Part shown: positions 17,086 to 27,566 of the stretch, piece after piece
Numbering within the stretch: the first letter of the stretch is position 1
How the letters are laid out: each line of letters begins with the position of its first letter
Virus record (IMG/VR): IMGVR_UViG_3300033997_000243
Location: 1-64,000 of that record
Direction: 5' to 3' (one strand)
Length of the DNA stretch: 64,000 nucleotides
The notes under the pieces: generated by a model
What the model saw: only the letters and a program-made list of their open reading frames with translations
Told to the model about the DNA's origin: nothing
The model's database searches: none
Translations under genes and position numbers: made by a program

Positions 17086-18246
17086 ATGCGTGTAGTTGAG
17101 GGAAGTCAGCAAAATTTAACACAAAAAATGTTGGAGCCTGACGGAACTCCGATATATCCGTATGAGGGAACCGGAGGCCCAACTGTAACACTTTTTGATC
17201 TTGATAACAGTATCATTGATCGCAGAGAAGCCACCCCCACAACTGTTGTTGGCGAATGGCAAGTTGATTTTGTTTTCCCTAACATGAATTTAACTGATGA
17301 AGTTGATTTGCGTGTTTTATGGGAAATGACTGATGACGGTTGCAACCGTGTCAGTTATGAACTCAAAGTAACTGTAGAACCTGCCACTAATAAGCGTTAC
17401 GGTGATATTGTTTGTTTACACAGAGCATCTGGAAGCAAATTTACTTTTGTACTTGAGGCTCCTGTGAAACAAACAGATTCTGTATTGATGGATATTTCTA
17501 TAAATAATGAATCTGTTCTTGAAGATCTTGATTTGATGACTGATCCAAATGTGACACGTACCATAACAAAAACTCGTGCTGTATTCGAGGTTCCTTTTGA
17601 TATGGACGTTAGTTTGCTAAGACTGGAACCTATAAGCGTTGTTGTTAATCACACTGATGCCAGAATGGTTCCAAACATGCACCAGTCAAATTTGTGGGTC
17701 ATTACAAACCAAATAATGGTAGCTGTTGGTATGATGCAAAAAGCTATTGATAAAGCAAAGCTTGAAAACATTATACCGGAACTTGAATATACTACGGCAG
17801 ATTACGTTAACTATCTGTATCGTGGACTTCAAATGTTTAATAGTTACCCGCCTTTAGTGACATCTATTCGCGGAACAAACATGCAAGGTATTTTATTGCA
17901 TTTGTGGATTGTGTGTTCTTCGTTAGAATGTTTGAAAGCTCAGACTTTAGCTGAAGGTGCAAGTGCTTTTGATTTCAGTGGACAAACTGTTAATCTTAAT
18001 GTAGACAGAACTCCGAGTTTAGAGGCTGCTATAGGCAGACTTGAATCTCAGATTGAAAACGAAGTAAAGCCTTACAAGAAATTGTTAGGCAAGGCCAGTA
18101 TCACTGATAACGATGGATCTATCGGATCATCTAACTTAGCAAGTGCAATAGCACGTAGCTTAGGAAGAACAAGCGTTATTAACAGTGCTACAACAAAACT
18201 GAGAAGAGGTCCGGGATTCTGGATGCGTTCTTCAATAAAGCGTTAA
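17086..18246 (+). CDS. Hypothetical protein, probably virion structural
   Basis: GAGG RBS; beta-rich N-terminal half and helical C-terminal half. The structural role is inference only. Confidence 0.55.
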   Translation: MRVVEGSQQNLTQKMLEPDGTPIYPYEGTGGPTVTLFDLDNSIIDRREATPTTVVGEWQVDFVFPNMNLTDEVDLRVLWEMTDDGCNRVSYELKVTVEPATNKRYGDIVCLHRASGSKFTFVLEAPVKQTDSVLMDISINNESVLEDLDLMTDPNVTRTITKTRAVFEVPFDMDVSLLRLEPISVVVNHTDARMVPNMHQSNLWVITNQIMVAVGMMQKAIDKAKLENIIPELEYTTADYVNYLYRGLQMFNSYPPLVTSIRGTNMQGILLHLWIVCSSLECLKAQTLAEGASAFDFSGQTVNLNVDRTPSLEAAIGRLESQIENEVKPYKKLLGKASITDNDGSIGSSNLASAIARSLGRTSVINSATTKLRRGPGFWMRSSIKR

Positions 18247-18281
18247 TTGATTTCAAAATAAATGTACTATGGAGAATAACC

Positions 18282-19094
18282 ATGCAAGTAAAGATCACAA
18301 GTTTTAAAGCTTTAGCTGGCGGCGCAATGATTATCGCTGACGTATCTCACGGCTTAAATCAAGTTGTGTCTGCTTCTGATTTTCACAACGGTTTTCAGCA
18401 ATTAACTAAAAGCAACATGATGGCCGTTGCTGGAAGTTTTCAAGTTATTGAAAAAAGCCCTTACCGCACTTTAGTACGTGGTGCAGCTATTCCGACAAAA
18501 GACATCATTCGCTATCAAGAAGGTATGGCTGGTTTCCGCAGTCTGAGTAAATCTATTTACGAAGATGAAAACGACAATATGTGGTCACTGACTACAAATG
18601 CCGATGGTAAATATTTAGTACGTGCCAACAATGTTGACAACGCTACTGAAATCAATGAACTTATGGCAAGTTTATGTAGTTCACCGGTTCCTGGTTCTGA
18701 TAATGCATATTTCTCTGCTGTTGCTTCTGCTGACAATGCAAAAGACAATGTTCAAAGCGGTGACTTCGCACTTTACTTACAAAAAGGCGAGTTACGTGCT
18801 GGTGTTGTTTTAGCCAGCGTGAGCGCTGATGGTGCTGATGCTTTGGCAGTTCTTGCTCCGAAAGAAGAAGAGTTGGACATTATCGATCCAGATCAGGTAA
18901 TGACATATTCAAGTTTAAGTGCTGCTCCAGATTTAAGTGGTCTGAAATTAACTGTTCCAGAACACTTAACTGTTGAAGCTGGTTCAGAAAATACAGTAGA
19001 TAAGTTAGTAAGTTTCTACCAAAAAGTTTACGGCTTCAACCGTACTTACTGGGATAAATACGAAGCTATCATTCGCGGCCATGCTTGGGCATAA
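18282..19094 (+). CDS. Hypothetical protein, probably abundant/virion
   Basis: GGAG RBS, strongly biased codons, followed by a terminator. Confidence 0.6.
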   Translation: MQVKITSFKALAGGAMIIADVSHGLNQVVSASDFHNGFQQLTKSNMMAVAGSFQVIEKSPYRTLVRGAAIPTKDIIRYQEGMAGFRSLSKSIYEDENDNMWSLTTNADGKYLVRANNVDNATEINELMASLCSSPVPGSDNAYFSAVASADNAKDNVQSGDFALYLQKGELRAGVVLASVSADGADALAVLAPKEEELDIIDPDQVMTYSSLSAAPDLSGLKLTVPEHLTVEAGSENTVDKLVSFYQKVYGFNRTYWDKYEAIIRGHAWA

Positions 19095-19114
19095 TCTCAA
19101 GATAAGACAAAACA

Positions 19115-19145
19115 AGTGGGGCTTTAATAGCCCCACTATTTGTTT
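19115..19145 (+). terminator. Rho-independent terminator
   Basis: AGTGGGGCT-TTAAT-AGCCCCACT followed by ATTTGTTT. Confidence 0.75.
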
Positions 19146-19158
19146 CTAGGGGAAAAAG

Positions 19159-19929
19159 ATGGCAGGTAAGAAAATAGAATTGTCAGAAATGACTACCAAA
19201 CGAAAAGCCACTTCGGAAAAGAAAAAAGCTAAGGTAGTTGTTAAACAGGAAAAGCCTACTAAAACCAAACCTAAAGTTACTCCACAAGGTAAACCAAAGT
19301 TAAAAACCAAAGAAGTTCCGAAGCCTAAGTTAAAAACCAAAGAAGTTCCGAAGCCTAAGTTAAAAACTAAATCTTCGATTAAAGATAAAAAAGATCTTCC
19401 ATCTAAGTTGACTGGCAAATCTTCAAAATCCTTGCAAGATCTTCAAAAACATAAAGCGGCTTTGGTTGCTGAGGCTAACGGACTTCTTGAGCAAATGGGC
19501 GACAACGTATTCGATGATAATCGTAGATACGTCAATCAATACGAAACAATGTTCAAACAGTTGATAACTATCTCAGACATGGCTGAAAAAAAGTATTTCA
19601 AGAGCAAGGATAGTCGAGACATTTATGCGCTTATGAAAGTTTATGATCAGATGCGCGATGTTATTGCGGATATGAAAAGTTTACAAAATGTTGGCGAATA
19701 CATTGATGCTCTTGTTCAAGATGTTTTGAATCCGTTCGCTATGACTACCTCTCAATCAATTTTGGATTTTGTAAATCATCTTAATTCTTATGTACGAAAA
19801 AACATCCCAACTGATTTGCAAGATGAAGTCATTAAGTATTGTAAAACTCAGGCAAAAGCTTCAGCTGTTAAAATGAAAGAAAGCTATTTAGCCTCCATAG
19901 AAAATACAAAACGTATACTGACAGGTTAA
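19159..19929 (+). CDS. Hypothetical protein with Lys-rich repetitive N-terminus and helical C-terminal domain
   Basis: AGGGG RBS; PKLKTKEVPK repeats. Confidence 0.8.
   Translation: MAGKKIELSEMTTKRKATSEKKKAKVVVKQEKPTKTKPKVTPQGKPKLKTKEVPKPKLKTKEVPKPKLKTKSSIKDKKDLPSKLTGKSSKSLQDLQKHKAALVAEANGLLEQMGDNVFDDNRRYVNQYETMFKQLITISDMAEKKYFKSKDSRDIYALMKVYDQMRDVIADMKSLQNVGEYIDALVQDVLNPFAMTTSQSILDFVNHLNSYVRKNIPTDLQDEVIKYCKTQAKASAVKMKESYLASIENTKRILTG
19297..19367 (+). repeat. Exact 30-bp tandem repeat, about 2.4 copies
   Basis: AAGTTAAAAACCAAAGAAGTTCCGAAGCCT at 19297 and 19327, partial copy at 19357. Confidence 0.95.
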
Positions 19930-19935
19930 ACGCAT

Positions 19936-20301
19936 ATGGGAATTGCTCAGAGAAACCGAGGATTTAAAAAATCCGGCAATAGACTTTCCGGCCCACTTAA
20001 ACCAAAATCCGATTTAAGATCTGGCCCTGAATGGGAAAGAGTAAAAGCTATTGTAAAAGAACGTGATGATTATACTTGTGTTTGTTGTGGTGCTGAGGAT
20101 AATCCTAATAATCCTAGTGCTGTTCAACTGACTGTTGATCACATTGTTCCTGTTGCAAGAGGAGGTTTGAATATTCTTTCAAATCTTGAAACTTTATGCG
20201 CTACCTGTCATTCTAAAAAACGAGGTAAGGCAAATGAGGCAGGTAAACATCTGTTGAAAGCTTTACAAACAAGAAAGAACAAACGTCTATTTGGAGGTTA
20301 A
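19936..20301 (+). CDS. Free-standing Zn-binding HNH endonuclease
   Basis: RDDYTCVCCG...VDHIVP...GG.N..SNL.TLCATCH. Confidence 0.9.
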   Translation: MGIAQRNRGFKKSGNRLSGPLKPKSDLRSGPEWERVKAIVKERDDYTCVCCGAEDNPNNPSAVQLTVDHIVPVARGGLNILSNLETLCATCHSKKRGKANEAGKHLLKALQTRKNKRLFGG

Positions 20302-20304
20302 CCA

Positions 20305-21048
20305 ATGAGTTTTGCCTCTACACTCAAAAAACATGGTTTGCGTATAGGGCACAAATCAGATTCCTACCCTTCTATGGTTAAACAGCATGAAGGTGACGCT
20401 CTTTGGGAAAAATTTAATGATACTCAAACCATAAAAGATGTAAGAACTTTGTATGAAACCAATGCTGATATTCTAGTTAGTATTCTTTTCATAAACTATC
20501 TGAACAATATTACCACTAATGCTTTTGTTGGTGGTAAAAAATACGAAGCAAGTCAATTTAGTTTGAATCTTATAACAACTTTGTTGAAAACTGTAAATAT
20601 TAAATTGAATGAATTGTTTCGTCGAAAAAACTTATTAGTCTTTCGCCAAGGCACTAGATCTATAGATGTTGGATTGAATTACAATTCTTTTCTACATGCT
20701 TCTGCCTTACCAAACGTAAGCATCTATCAGAATCTGATAATTCCAAAAGGTAATATGGATGCGGCTTTGCATACACTTAAGGGATTTCTTTACAGAGATT
20801 TTCCAAAACCTTTAAGTGTTGACCGAGACTTCACTTTAGATTCGATTAAAAAGCAAAATATTTACAGCTGGTTTTTTGTTGGTGATGTTAGTGGAATTAA
20901 GGTGCATTTGAAAAGATTGAACAAAGATATTCTTTGTTTAAAAATATCTTTTGACTTTCCTTACGTTTTACCTATGGGAAAATATACAAAGCAATCTTTC
21001 CATAATTTACTAATAAGATCACTCAATTCATTTAACGCGGGATATTGA
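20305..21048 (+). CDS. Hypothetical protein
   Basis: GGAGG RBS; 247-aa ORF. Confidence 0.8.
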   Translation: MSFASTLKKHGLRIGHKSDSYPSMVKQHEGDALWEKFNDTQTIKDVRTLYETNADILVSILFINYLNNITTNAFVGGKKYEASQFSLNLITTLLKTVNIKLNELFRRKNLLVFRQGTRSIDVGLNYNSFLHASALPNVSIYQNLIIPKGNMDAALHTLKGFLYRDFPKPLSVDRDFTLDSIKKQNIYSWFFVGDVSGIKVHLKRLNKDILCLKISFDFPYVLPMGKYTKQSFHNLLIRSLNSFNAGY

Positions 21049-21050
21049 AT

Positions 21051-21473
21051 ATGAAAAGCACTTCCATTGTTCTTCCTTTGGTGGCAAGAGATTACCCCAA
21101 AGCAATTTTTTCAAGATCTTCAGAAGATGAATCAAATGATGACAAGCAAACTATAGCGGAATTACGCAGACAAGTTGCTTTGCTTGAAGAACGTCTTGCC
21201 TTCTATACGCAAACTGAGGAACTTCCAGAAGATCTTCAGGGCGGTGATGTTCTTGAAACTCCTGAAGAGGATGACAAACTTGCTCAACGTCGAGAGCATA
21301 TTCAGGCAGAGATAGACAATCTTACTTCAGAGAATATGTTTTTGATTTACAATAACAAGGCAACTTGGGACACTTTAAGTTCTTTGGATGCCAAACTTTA
21401 TGCTACAGCTTTGATTCAACGCTGTTCACAAGAAAAAATTGCAGCTAATCCTCTTTGGAATTTATTTATTTAG
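21051..21473 (+). CDS. Hypothetical protein
   Basis: ORF with short coiled-coil segments; ATG 21051. Confidence 0.75.
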   Translation: MKSTSIVLPLVARDYPKAIFSRSSEDESNDDKQTIAELRRQVALLEERLAFYTQTEELPEDLQGGDVLETPEEDDKLAQRREHIQAEIDNLTSENMFLIYNNKATWDTLSSLDAKLYATALIQRCSQEKIAANPLWNLFI

Positions 21474-21488
21474 TGTAAGGAAAAACAA

Positions 21489-24400
21489 ATGGCAATTACA
21501 ATCGACGGAGAATTTACTTCGACGAGTGCTACAGCGGAAGAGTTGTTGACTAAAGCTGTTGCTCCTGTTGAGTTAGATCCGAAATTAAAAAAGCTGTATA
21601 CAGAAGCATTTTACACTGTTAATAACAGACCTACTGAAGCTGGTTTCAAAATGGACGGTTTCCGTGAGGCTGCAAGTAAAACACTTTCTGTCAGCATGGG
21701 CCTTAACAATTTCTTTGCTTTCTGTCGTAAAGCTTTAGAGCAAGCAAATATTTTAGATGATATGCCCGACAGCCAAGTAACTGCTGAGCTTCAAGCATTG
21801 GCATCTAATATTATTCAAATGAATGAAGAACCAAGTGAAGATATGGTTCGCCATTTGTTAATTGCTTTAAGTACACAACGCGATACACAAAGTGAAGATG
21901 CTGAAGATAGTCGCTTTCCAAAAGATATGCCTTTTGAAGATCGTCCAACAGCAAACACTATTATCAAACCTTCCTCACGTTATAAAGGCGGTTACGATAT
22001 TCTGTTTAGTGGACAATATGGTCGTGGCGGTTTAAAACTTCACATCAAACCATTCCCTGCTTTACCGACTCGTCCGAATGATGCGCGTCATTTAGGTATG
22101 ATGCAAACAAACTATTCAACACCAATTGCCCAACGCATTATGGCGGCTGCACAGAAAATCTGTGAATTAGTTACTATGCGTAGTGATAAAGGTGTACTGA
22201 CTTTAGATAACGCGCACCAACGTCGTCTTTGTCAATTTCCAGTTGATTACAACTTCAAAAGTTGGAACAGCGAAATAAGTAAACTGATTGGCTTTCCACT
22301 AAACTTCTTTAATAACTTAGATGGTTCAGTTACTTTGTATAAGAGTTTCCTGAACGTACTGGTTATTATCGAACAAGAGCCAGAGTTAATGCAGCCTTGG
22401 GCTTCTTGGAATTCAAGTCAAACTCGCGCACAAATTTCTGGAACAGAATCTATTGAAGTTCCTCGTCCGAAAAACGAAACTTTAATTACACCAACAGTTG
22501 TATTTACTCCTCGCGTTGGTGGATCTATTTCATTAAGTTTTGAACGCGCTATCGTAAACTTTATGTGTCAGAGCGAAACTGGCGATAAAGCACTTTATTG
22601 TTTAAGCTCTTGGGTTACTCAGTGGGCTGGTGCTTTCTTAAAACCAAAACATGCTAAAGGCATTAACTACGATCCTCGTCGTACTGCACAGTATGTTATT
22701 CCACCAAGTCGTATTCAAGAACTTGCTGGTTATCGTGAGAAATTTGGCTATCATGTTTCTGAAAGTAAATCAGATGATGATGGTCTTGTGATTATGCCTG
22801 ATGGACGTTTCGGTTACATTCCAAGTCCTGCCGATTCTTCAAATGATAATGCACTTGCTTATGAGCAAGCATATGAAGAAATGCTGTCACTTTCTTACGA
22901 ATTAGGTTTACCTGCTGGTAGTCCTGCTGGTGCATCTGTTACCGCAAGTAATCCTGAGAAATTAAATATCGCTGGCACAAACGGTTTAATGGCAGATAAA
23001 AACTCTAAGTTAAAATCAATGCGCGGTGCGCTGATTGCATTTAACTGGGATTACAACACTCTGCTTTACGCAAGTGAAACCGATAACTTAGTTCCAAAAG
23101 ATCTGAACGGTTGTACTCCACCGGACGATCTGATTATGGCAGATTTCCTTGGTTTTGATTTTAAAGAACCAGGAGAAAAATCTCAGAAGAAACATATTTT
23201 AACTTCTCTTTCTGAGTTCCGCCATGATCCTGATGCACTGCATACACTGACAAACTTGAACAGTATTTTGCAAATCAGAAAACTTGCACCAGATTTGAAC
23301 ATTCCTGAAGAACGTAAAAAGTTGGTAGATGCTCCAATTTATTTGCGTGTTTTCTTGAACCAGCGTCTTATCAAGTTATTTGAAACCTACAGCTTTTATG
23401 CAAAAGAAGGTGTGGTTCCAAACATTGTTCAATTGATTGAAGAAACCAAGAAAGAAAAGAATTACACTTCTTTTACCTTGGAAGGTACACCGTTAGACTT
23501 CGATCTGTATAGCAATTTAATTCCTGATACAATTGATGGAAGTTCTTTGCTTGCTGATCATTTATATGGTCAAGGCTATGTTGTACTTGCTTTCCTGTTG
23601 AAAGCATTGGCTGATGCCGAAGGTACTCCCGGAACAAATCTTCACGCCATGATTGCAGATGAAGTCGGCTTTAGTAATGTCAAAACTGAATTGCCTGACC
23701 ATCCTGCTCATTTAAACTTCCGTAGTGCTGATACTACTATGGCCAAGTTTAATAACATCTATACTTACTTTGGTGGTTGTTTATTCAAGAATATGTGTAA
23801 GCATATTACTTTGATTCCGAAGAAAGAGCTGTTATATCCTAAGCGTGACGAAAAAGATTTAAACAACAAAAACTTGCCTTCGTTCAACTATATCAGTACG
23901 GATGTTCTACCGCTTGCTTACATATTTTCAAAGTATGTTCCAAAAGCGTTGGATTATTTTGAACGTGCTGAAGAAATGTTTGACCGCTATCAACAAGATT
24001 CTGATGTTGATGTTGAAGATATTGTTGCTCCAGGTATTGTTGCTGTTAACGGCAAAAAACCTCAAATGTTTCCTCACCAAGTAAAAGCTCACCAGTTTTT
24101 ACGAAAAGCGCCGAAGTATGCAATTCTCGACGTAAGTCCAGGTGGCGGTAAAACATTAATTGGTATTACAGACATTTTATGTTTGGCCGAGAAACACAAA
24201 GCAGATCACTTCGTTCCACTCGTACTTGCTCCAGATGGATTGTGTGCAAACTGGTGTGAAGATACTGCCAAGTTTACTAACGGTAACTGGAATACTATTC
24301 CAATCACAACCAAAATCGTTAAAATTTGGGGTCTGGATTTACTGACCAAGATTATTAAGGATGCTCCACGTAACACAATTATTGTTGCTGGTATTCACTT

Positions 24401-27400
24401 CCTTAGTAAAACAAATACATTCGATTTGACTTTTGGTACGCGCAAAATTAAAATCAGTGGTGGTGTTGAATTCTTAAAACAATTCAATCCTAACTATGTG
24501 TTGCTTGATGAAAGTCATAAAGCAAAAACATTTATGCGTAGTGGCAAGACCTCAACAATTCATACTGTAATCAAAGAAGTATTTACTATGACTGGCGTTG
24601 CTTATGCGCGTTTAGCCACAGGTACTTTGGTTCACGGTATTCTTGCTGATGTTATCGGTCAAGCTGCTTTAATGAATGCTTACGCACTTAAAACTCCTGA
24701 TGAAATGGATAAACTTGGAATCAATCTTTCTGCTGAAGATGGTCCTGGTAAAATGCGTACAAAACTTGGTAAGTATTGCAGCATGATCACTCTGAAACGT
24801 AAAGAGTGGGCGTTCATGTTGCCTAATCCAATTGATACGTTTATTCAAATTCGTTTGTTCGATCCTACAGACGAAACAATGAATAAACTTGGTAACAAGT
24901 TACACCAAGAAGCTTACGAACACGTTATCAACGAAGTTAAATCTATCATTCTTTCTGGTGACATCGGTAAAGCTGATGACGATGAAGATGACGATGATGA
25001 AAACTCTTTCGATGATGAATTGGAAGAAAATGATGACGAAGAAGGTGGCGGTGGTGGTCGTGGAAAAGTTGTTGATGCCAGTGGTGTTATCAATGCTTCT
25101 ATGTTACCTACTATCGACAAAAAATACTTCCAACGTGTTGAGCAGCTAATTACAAATCCTTGGGGTGATTCTTACTTCAAAGAGTTGGCAGCTATTGCTG
25201 GTGTAAGACAAGGCGATTTTGTTCCATCAAAAGTTTCGATGGTAATAGAACGCTTACGTGAACATTTTGAAAGTGTTAAGTATGATGCAAACGCAGATCA
25301 AACTGGACGTATTATTCAGTGGGATCGTGAAATGCAAGCGAAAGAGTACGATATAGTTGAATATAAAGGTCAACTGTATATGCGTCGTCCAATTCCACTT
25401 GGGCCAGACGAATTACCGACTATAAAACGTCGATTGACTCCGAAAACTTCTACGCCACCAGATCAAGATTTGGATAACTGGAAACCGGAGATTAAAGGTA
25501 AGGTACTTATTTTCTGCCGCTACACAGGTAACACGAAATATATTTTCGATTCGTTACCTCCTGAGTACAAACGCAAAGCGCGTATGTTCCACGGTCAGAT
25601 TCCAGAAGATCAACGTAAGCAAAACTTACAAGACTTCATGAAATCAAAAGATGTAGAAATTTTCGTAGCCAACGAACAAGCTATTACAGAAGGTTACAAC
25701 CTTCAAATGGCAAGTCGTATTATTCGTGTTGATACTCCGTGGTCACCAGGTGATTACGAACAAAGTACAGCACGTATTTTCCGTCCAGATCCAGCCGCAG
25801 CAAAATTTACTGATGGTCAACCTGGAGATATGGCGCGTGAAGTTATTTACGTCGATTGGATTATGACTGGCGGTACATTGGAAGTTGGTAAAGTTGCTCG
25901 TTTGATGTGGAAAACTGTTGACAGTATTCGCTTCAATGAAAAAGGCAACAGACGTTATGAACCTTTAAACGAATACGTCTTGAAGCCAATCAAGATGTCT
26001 TTAGACTTGTTGTTTGAGCGCTGTGAATTAGAGGATTACCGTGGTACGTTAGAAGAAACGGAAAATGGTGAAACTCGTATTGTAAACGATTACTTTGGTG
26101 CAAAAGCTTTATTAGCAAACATCGAAGCAAGCGAATTTACGGAAATGCGTAAAACAACTCGTGCGGAAATGTTGGATCTTGATATTCCACCTATTCCAAA
26201 AGATTTCAAAACGATGCCACAAATTCCAACAATGCCGAATCAAAATATTCCTGATCCAGAAGGATTTGGTTTGGTTAAATTGTCAGAATATATTCCAACG
26301 CGCATCGAAGAAATTTTAGAAGATGCAGAAGCAGTGTTGAAAGGTAGTCCAGTTCGTACTGGTTTTGGTACTGGTACAATTGTTGGTTTGCAACGTACTC
26401 GGAAAATTCCTGATCCTGATAATCCAGGAGAAATGATTTCTGATCCACGCAGACCGATTCATAGTGTTCGTATTAAATATCATGAACGTAACATGCTGGA
26501 AAATATACCTCCTGTACTGATGCCTATTAGTATGGTTTATATTGCAACAAAAGTTTCCGGTAAAGTTTATGATCAGTTTTTCAAACCTACAGAAATGTGG
26601 GGAACGAAAACTGAGAAACTTCAGATGGAACGTGCAGCAGCCAAACAACAGGCAGAAGCTGATCGTATTCGCGCTCAGAGAGAACAGGCTGAGGAACAAC
26701 GCATCAAGCAAGAACGTGAAGATGCTCGTCGTCAGACACGCGAACGCGAACGTGCAAATATCCGCAAAGACAACATTGAGAAAAAACGCCCAGTAAATCA
26801 AGGTGTAGAAGTTGTTCCAAAAGTTCCGCGTGTACGGCCAACTGTTAGCGTGGTTCCTGCTGGTACACTTTCAGGTCGTGTTCCACCTAAACGTCCTGTT
26901 GCACCTGCGGCTCCAGCGATTAAACCTAAGAAGATTAAATTAATTCCTTCTTTCTATAACGGCTTATTGTGTATGCACGTTACGAATAATGATGCAGATG
27001 CAGATGGCTTGTTGAAATTTGGCTTCAAAAACTTTGAAGATTTCGTATACGTAGATTTCAAAGCGTTCCCTGCGTACTACGCTTTCTTGAACTGGATTGA
27101 AGAAAAATCAGACAAAGGACAGTTGGAAATTGATGGCCCAACTTATAATCGTTTGGTTGCTGTTTACGATATGTTTAGTGACAAGAAGATCGATCCTAAA
27201 CAACTCTTTAACCAACGTCATGCTAAGAAAATCATGAATGATGTTCAAGATTTTTTCCGTGCGCGTTTGCGTGAAAGCAAGAATACTAAAATGGTTAAAA
27301 TGTATCCGGTAACGATGCACGACCGTTTACGTATTGTTGTGGACAAAGCAACTAACCCATTTGCGAAACGTCTTGAAGGAAAAGCAATTCCTGGTGGCGG

Positions 27401-27557
27401 TGTAGGTGGAACTTGGAAGCTTCATCCTGGTATGCACATTTATTTCGCAGCTGGTAAACGCGAATTCATGAGCAAACTTAAAGAGTTGAAAGAAGCTGGT
27501 TACGTTATCACTAACCAAGATCAACTTGTTGCAAAAATTGATGATTTACGCATGTAA
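21489..27557 (+). CDS. Very large SNF2-family (SF2) helicase/translocase, 2022 aa
   Basis: FPHQ Q-motif, DVSPGGGKT, LLDESH, LATGT, KVLIFC, EGYNLQ.A and QSTARIFR. Long unassigned N- and C-terminal regions. Confidence 0.85.
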   Translation: MAITIDGEFTSTSATAEELLTKAVAPVELDPKLKKLYTEAFYTVNNRPTEAGFKMDGFREAASKTLSVSMGLNNFFAFCRKALEQANILDDMPDSQVTAELQALASNIIQMNEEPSEDMVRHLLIALSTQRDTQSEDAEDSRFPKDMPFEDRPTANTIIKPSSRYKGGYDILFSGQYGRGGLKLHIKPFPALPTRPNDARHLGMMQTNYSTPIAQRIMAAAQKICELVTMRSDKGVLTLDNAHQRRLCQFPVDYNFKSWNSEISKLIGFPLNFFNNLDGSVTLYKSFLNVLVIIEQEPELMQPWASWNSSQTRAQISGTESIEVPRPKNETLITPTVVFTPRVGGSISLSFERAIVNFMCQSETGDKALYCLSSWVTQWAGAFLKPKHAKGINYDPRRTAQYVIPPSRIQELAGYREKFGYHVSESKSDDDGLVIMPDGRFGYIPSPADSSNDNALAYEQAYEEMLSLSYELGLPAGSPAGASVTASNPEKLNIAGTNGLMADKNSKLKSMRGALIAFNWDYNTLLYASETDNLVPKDLNGCTPPDDLIMADFLGFDFKEPGEKSQKKHILTSLSEFRHDPDALHTLTNLNSILQIRKLAPDLNIPEERKKLVDAPIYLRVFLNQRLIKLFETYSFYAKEGVVPNIVQLIEETKKEKNYTSFTLEGTPLDFDLYSNLIPDTIDGSSLLADHLYGQGYVVLAFLLKALADAEGTPGTNLHAMIADEVGFSNVKTELPDHPAHLNFRSADTTMAKFNNIYTYFGGCLFKNMCKHITLIPKKELLYPKRDEKDLNNKNLPSFNYISTDVLPLAYIFSKYVPKALDYFERAEEMFDRYQQDSDVDVEDIVAPGIVAVNGKKPQMFPHQVKAHQFLRKAPKYAILDVSPGGGKTLIGITDILCLAEKHKADHFVPLVLAPDGLCANWCEDTAKFTNGNWNTIPITTKIVKIWGLDLLTKIIKDAPRNTIIVAGIHFLSKTNTFDLTFGTRKIKISGGVEFLKQFNPNYVLLDESHKAKTFMRSGKTSTIHTVIKEVFTMTGVAYARLATGTLVHGILADVIGQAALMNAYALKTPDEMDKLGINLSAEDGPGKMRTKLGKYCSMITLKRKEWAFMLPNPIDTFIQIRLFDPTDETMNKLGNKLHQEAYEHVINEVKSIILSGDIGKADDDEDDDDENSFDDELEENDDEEGGGGGRGKVVDASGVINASMLPTIDKKYFQRVEQLITNPWGDSYFKELAAIAGVRQGDFVPSKVSMVIERLREHFESVKYDANADQTGRIIQWDREMQAKEYDIVEYKGQLYMRRPIPLGPDELPTIKRRLTPKTSTPPDQDLDNWKPEIKGKVLIFCRYTGNTKYIFDSLPPEYKRKARMFHGQIPEDQRKQNLQDFMKSKDVEIFVANEQAITEGYNLQMASRIIRVDTPWSPGDYEQSTARIFRPDPAAAKFTDGQPGDMAREVIYVDWIMTGGTLEVGKVARLMWKTVDSIRFNEKGNRRYEPLNEYVLKPIKMSLDLLFERCELEDYRGTLEETENGETRIVNDYFGAKALLANIEASEFTEMRKTTRAEMLDLDIPPIPKDFKTMPQIPTMPNQNIPDPEGFGLVKLSEYIPTRIEEILEDAEAVLKGSPVRTGFGTGTIVGLQRTRKIPDPDNPGEMISDPRRPIHSVRIKYHERNMLENIPPVLMPISMVYIATKVSGKVYDQFFKPTEMWGTKTEKLQMERAAAKQQAEADRIRAQREQAEEQRIKQEREDARRQTRERERANIRKDNIEKKRPVNQGVEVVPKVPRVRPTVSVVPAGTLSGRVPPKRPVAPAAPAIKPKKIKLIPSFYNGLLCMHVTNNDADADGLLKFGFKNFEDFVYVDFKAFPAYYAFLNWIEEKSDKGQLEIDGPTYNRLVAVYDMFSDKKIDPKQLFNQRHAKKIMNDVQDFFRARLRESKNTKMVKMYPVTMHDRLRIVVDKATNPFAKRLEGKAIPGGGVGGTWKLHPGMHIYFAAGKREFMSKLKELKEAGYVITNQDQLVAKIDDLRM

Positions 27558-27566
27558 GGAAATTAA

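Noticed and set aside
14159-19367. CRISPR array at the two tandem repeats
   Set aside because: Both are in-frame coding repeats without unique spacers; no cas genes in the window.
19159-20301. Small terminase plus packaging HNH module
   Set aside because: Plausible by size and adjacency, but there is no diagnostic motif and no large terminase or portal in this window.
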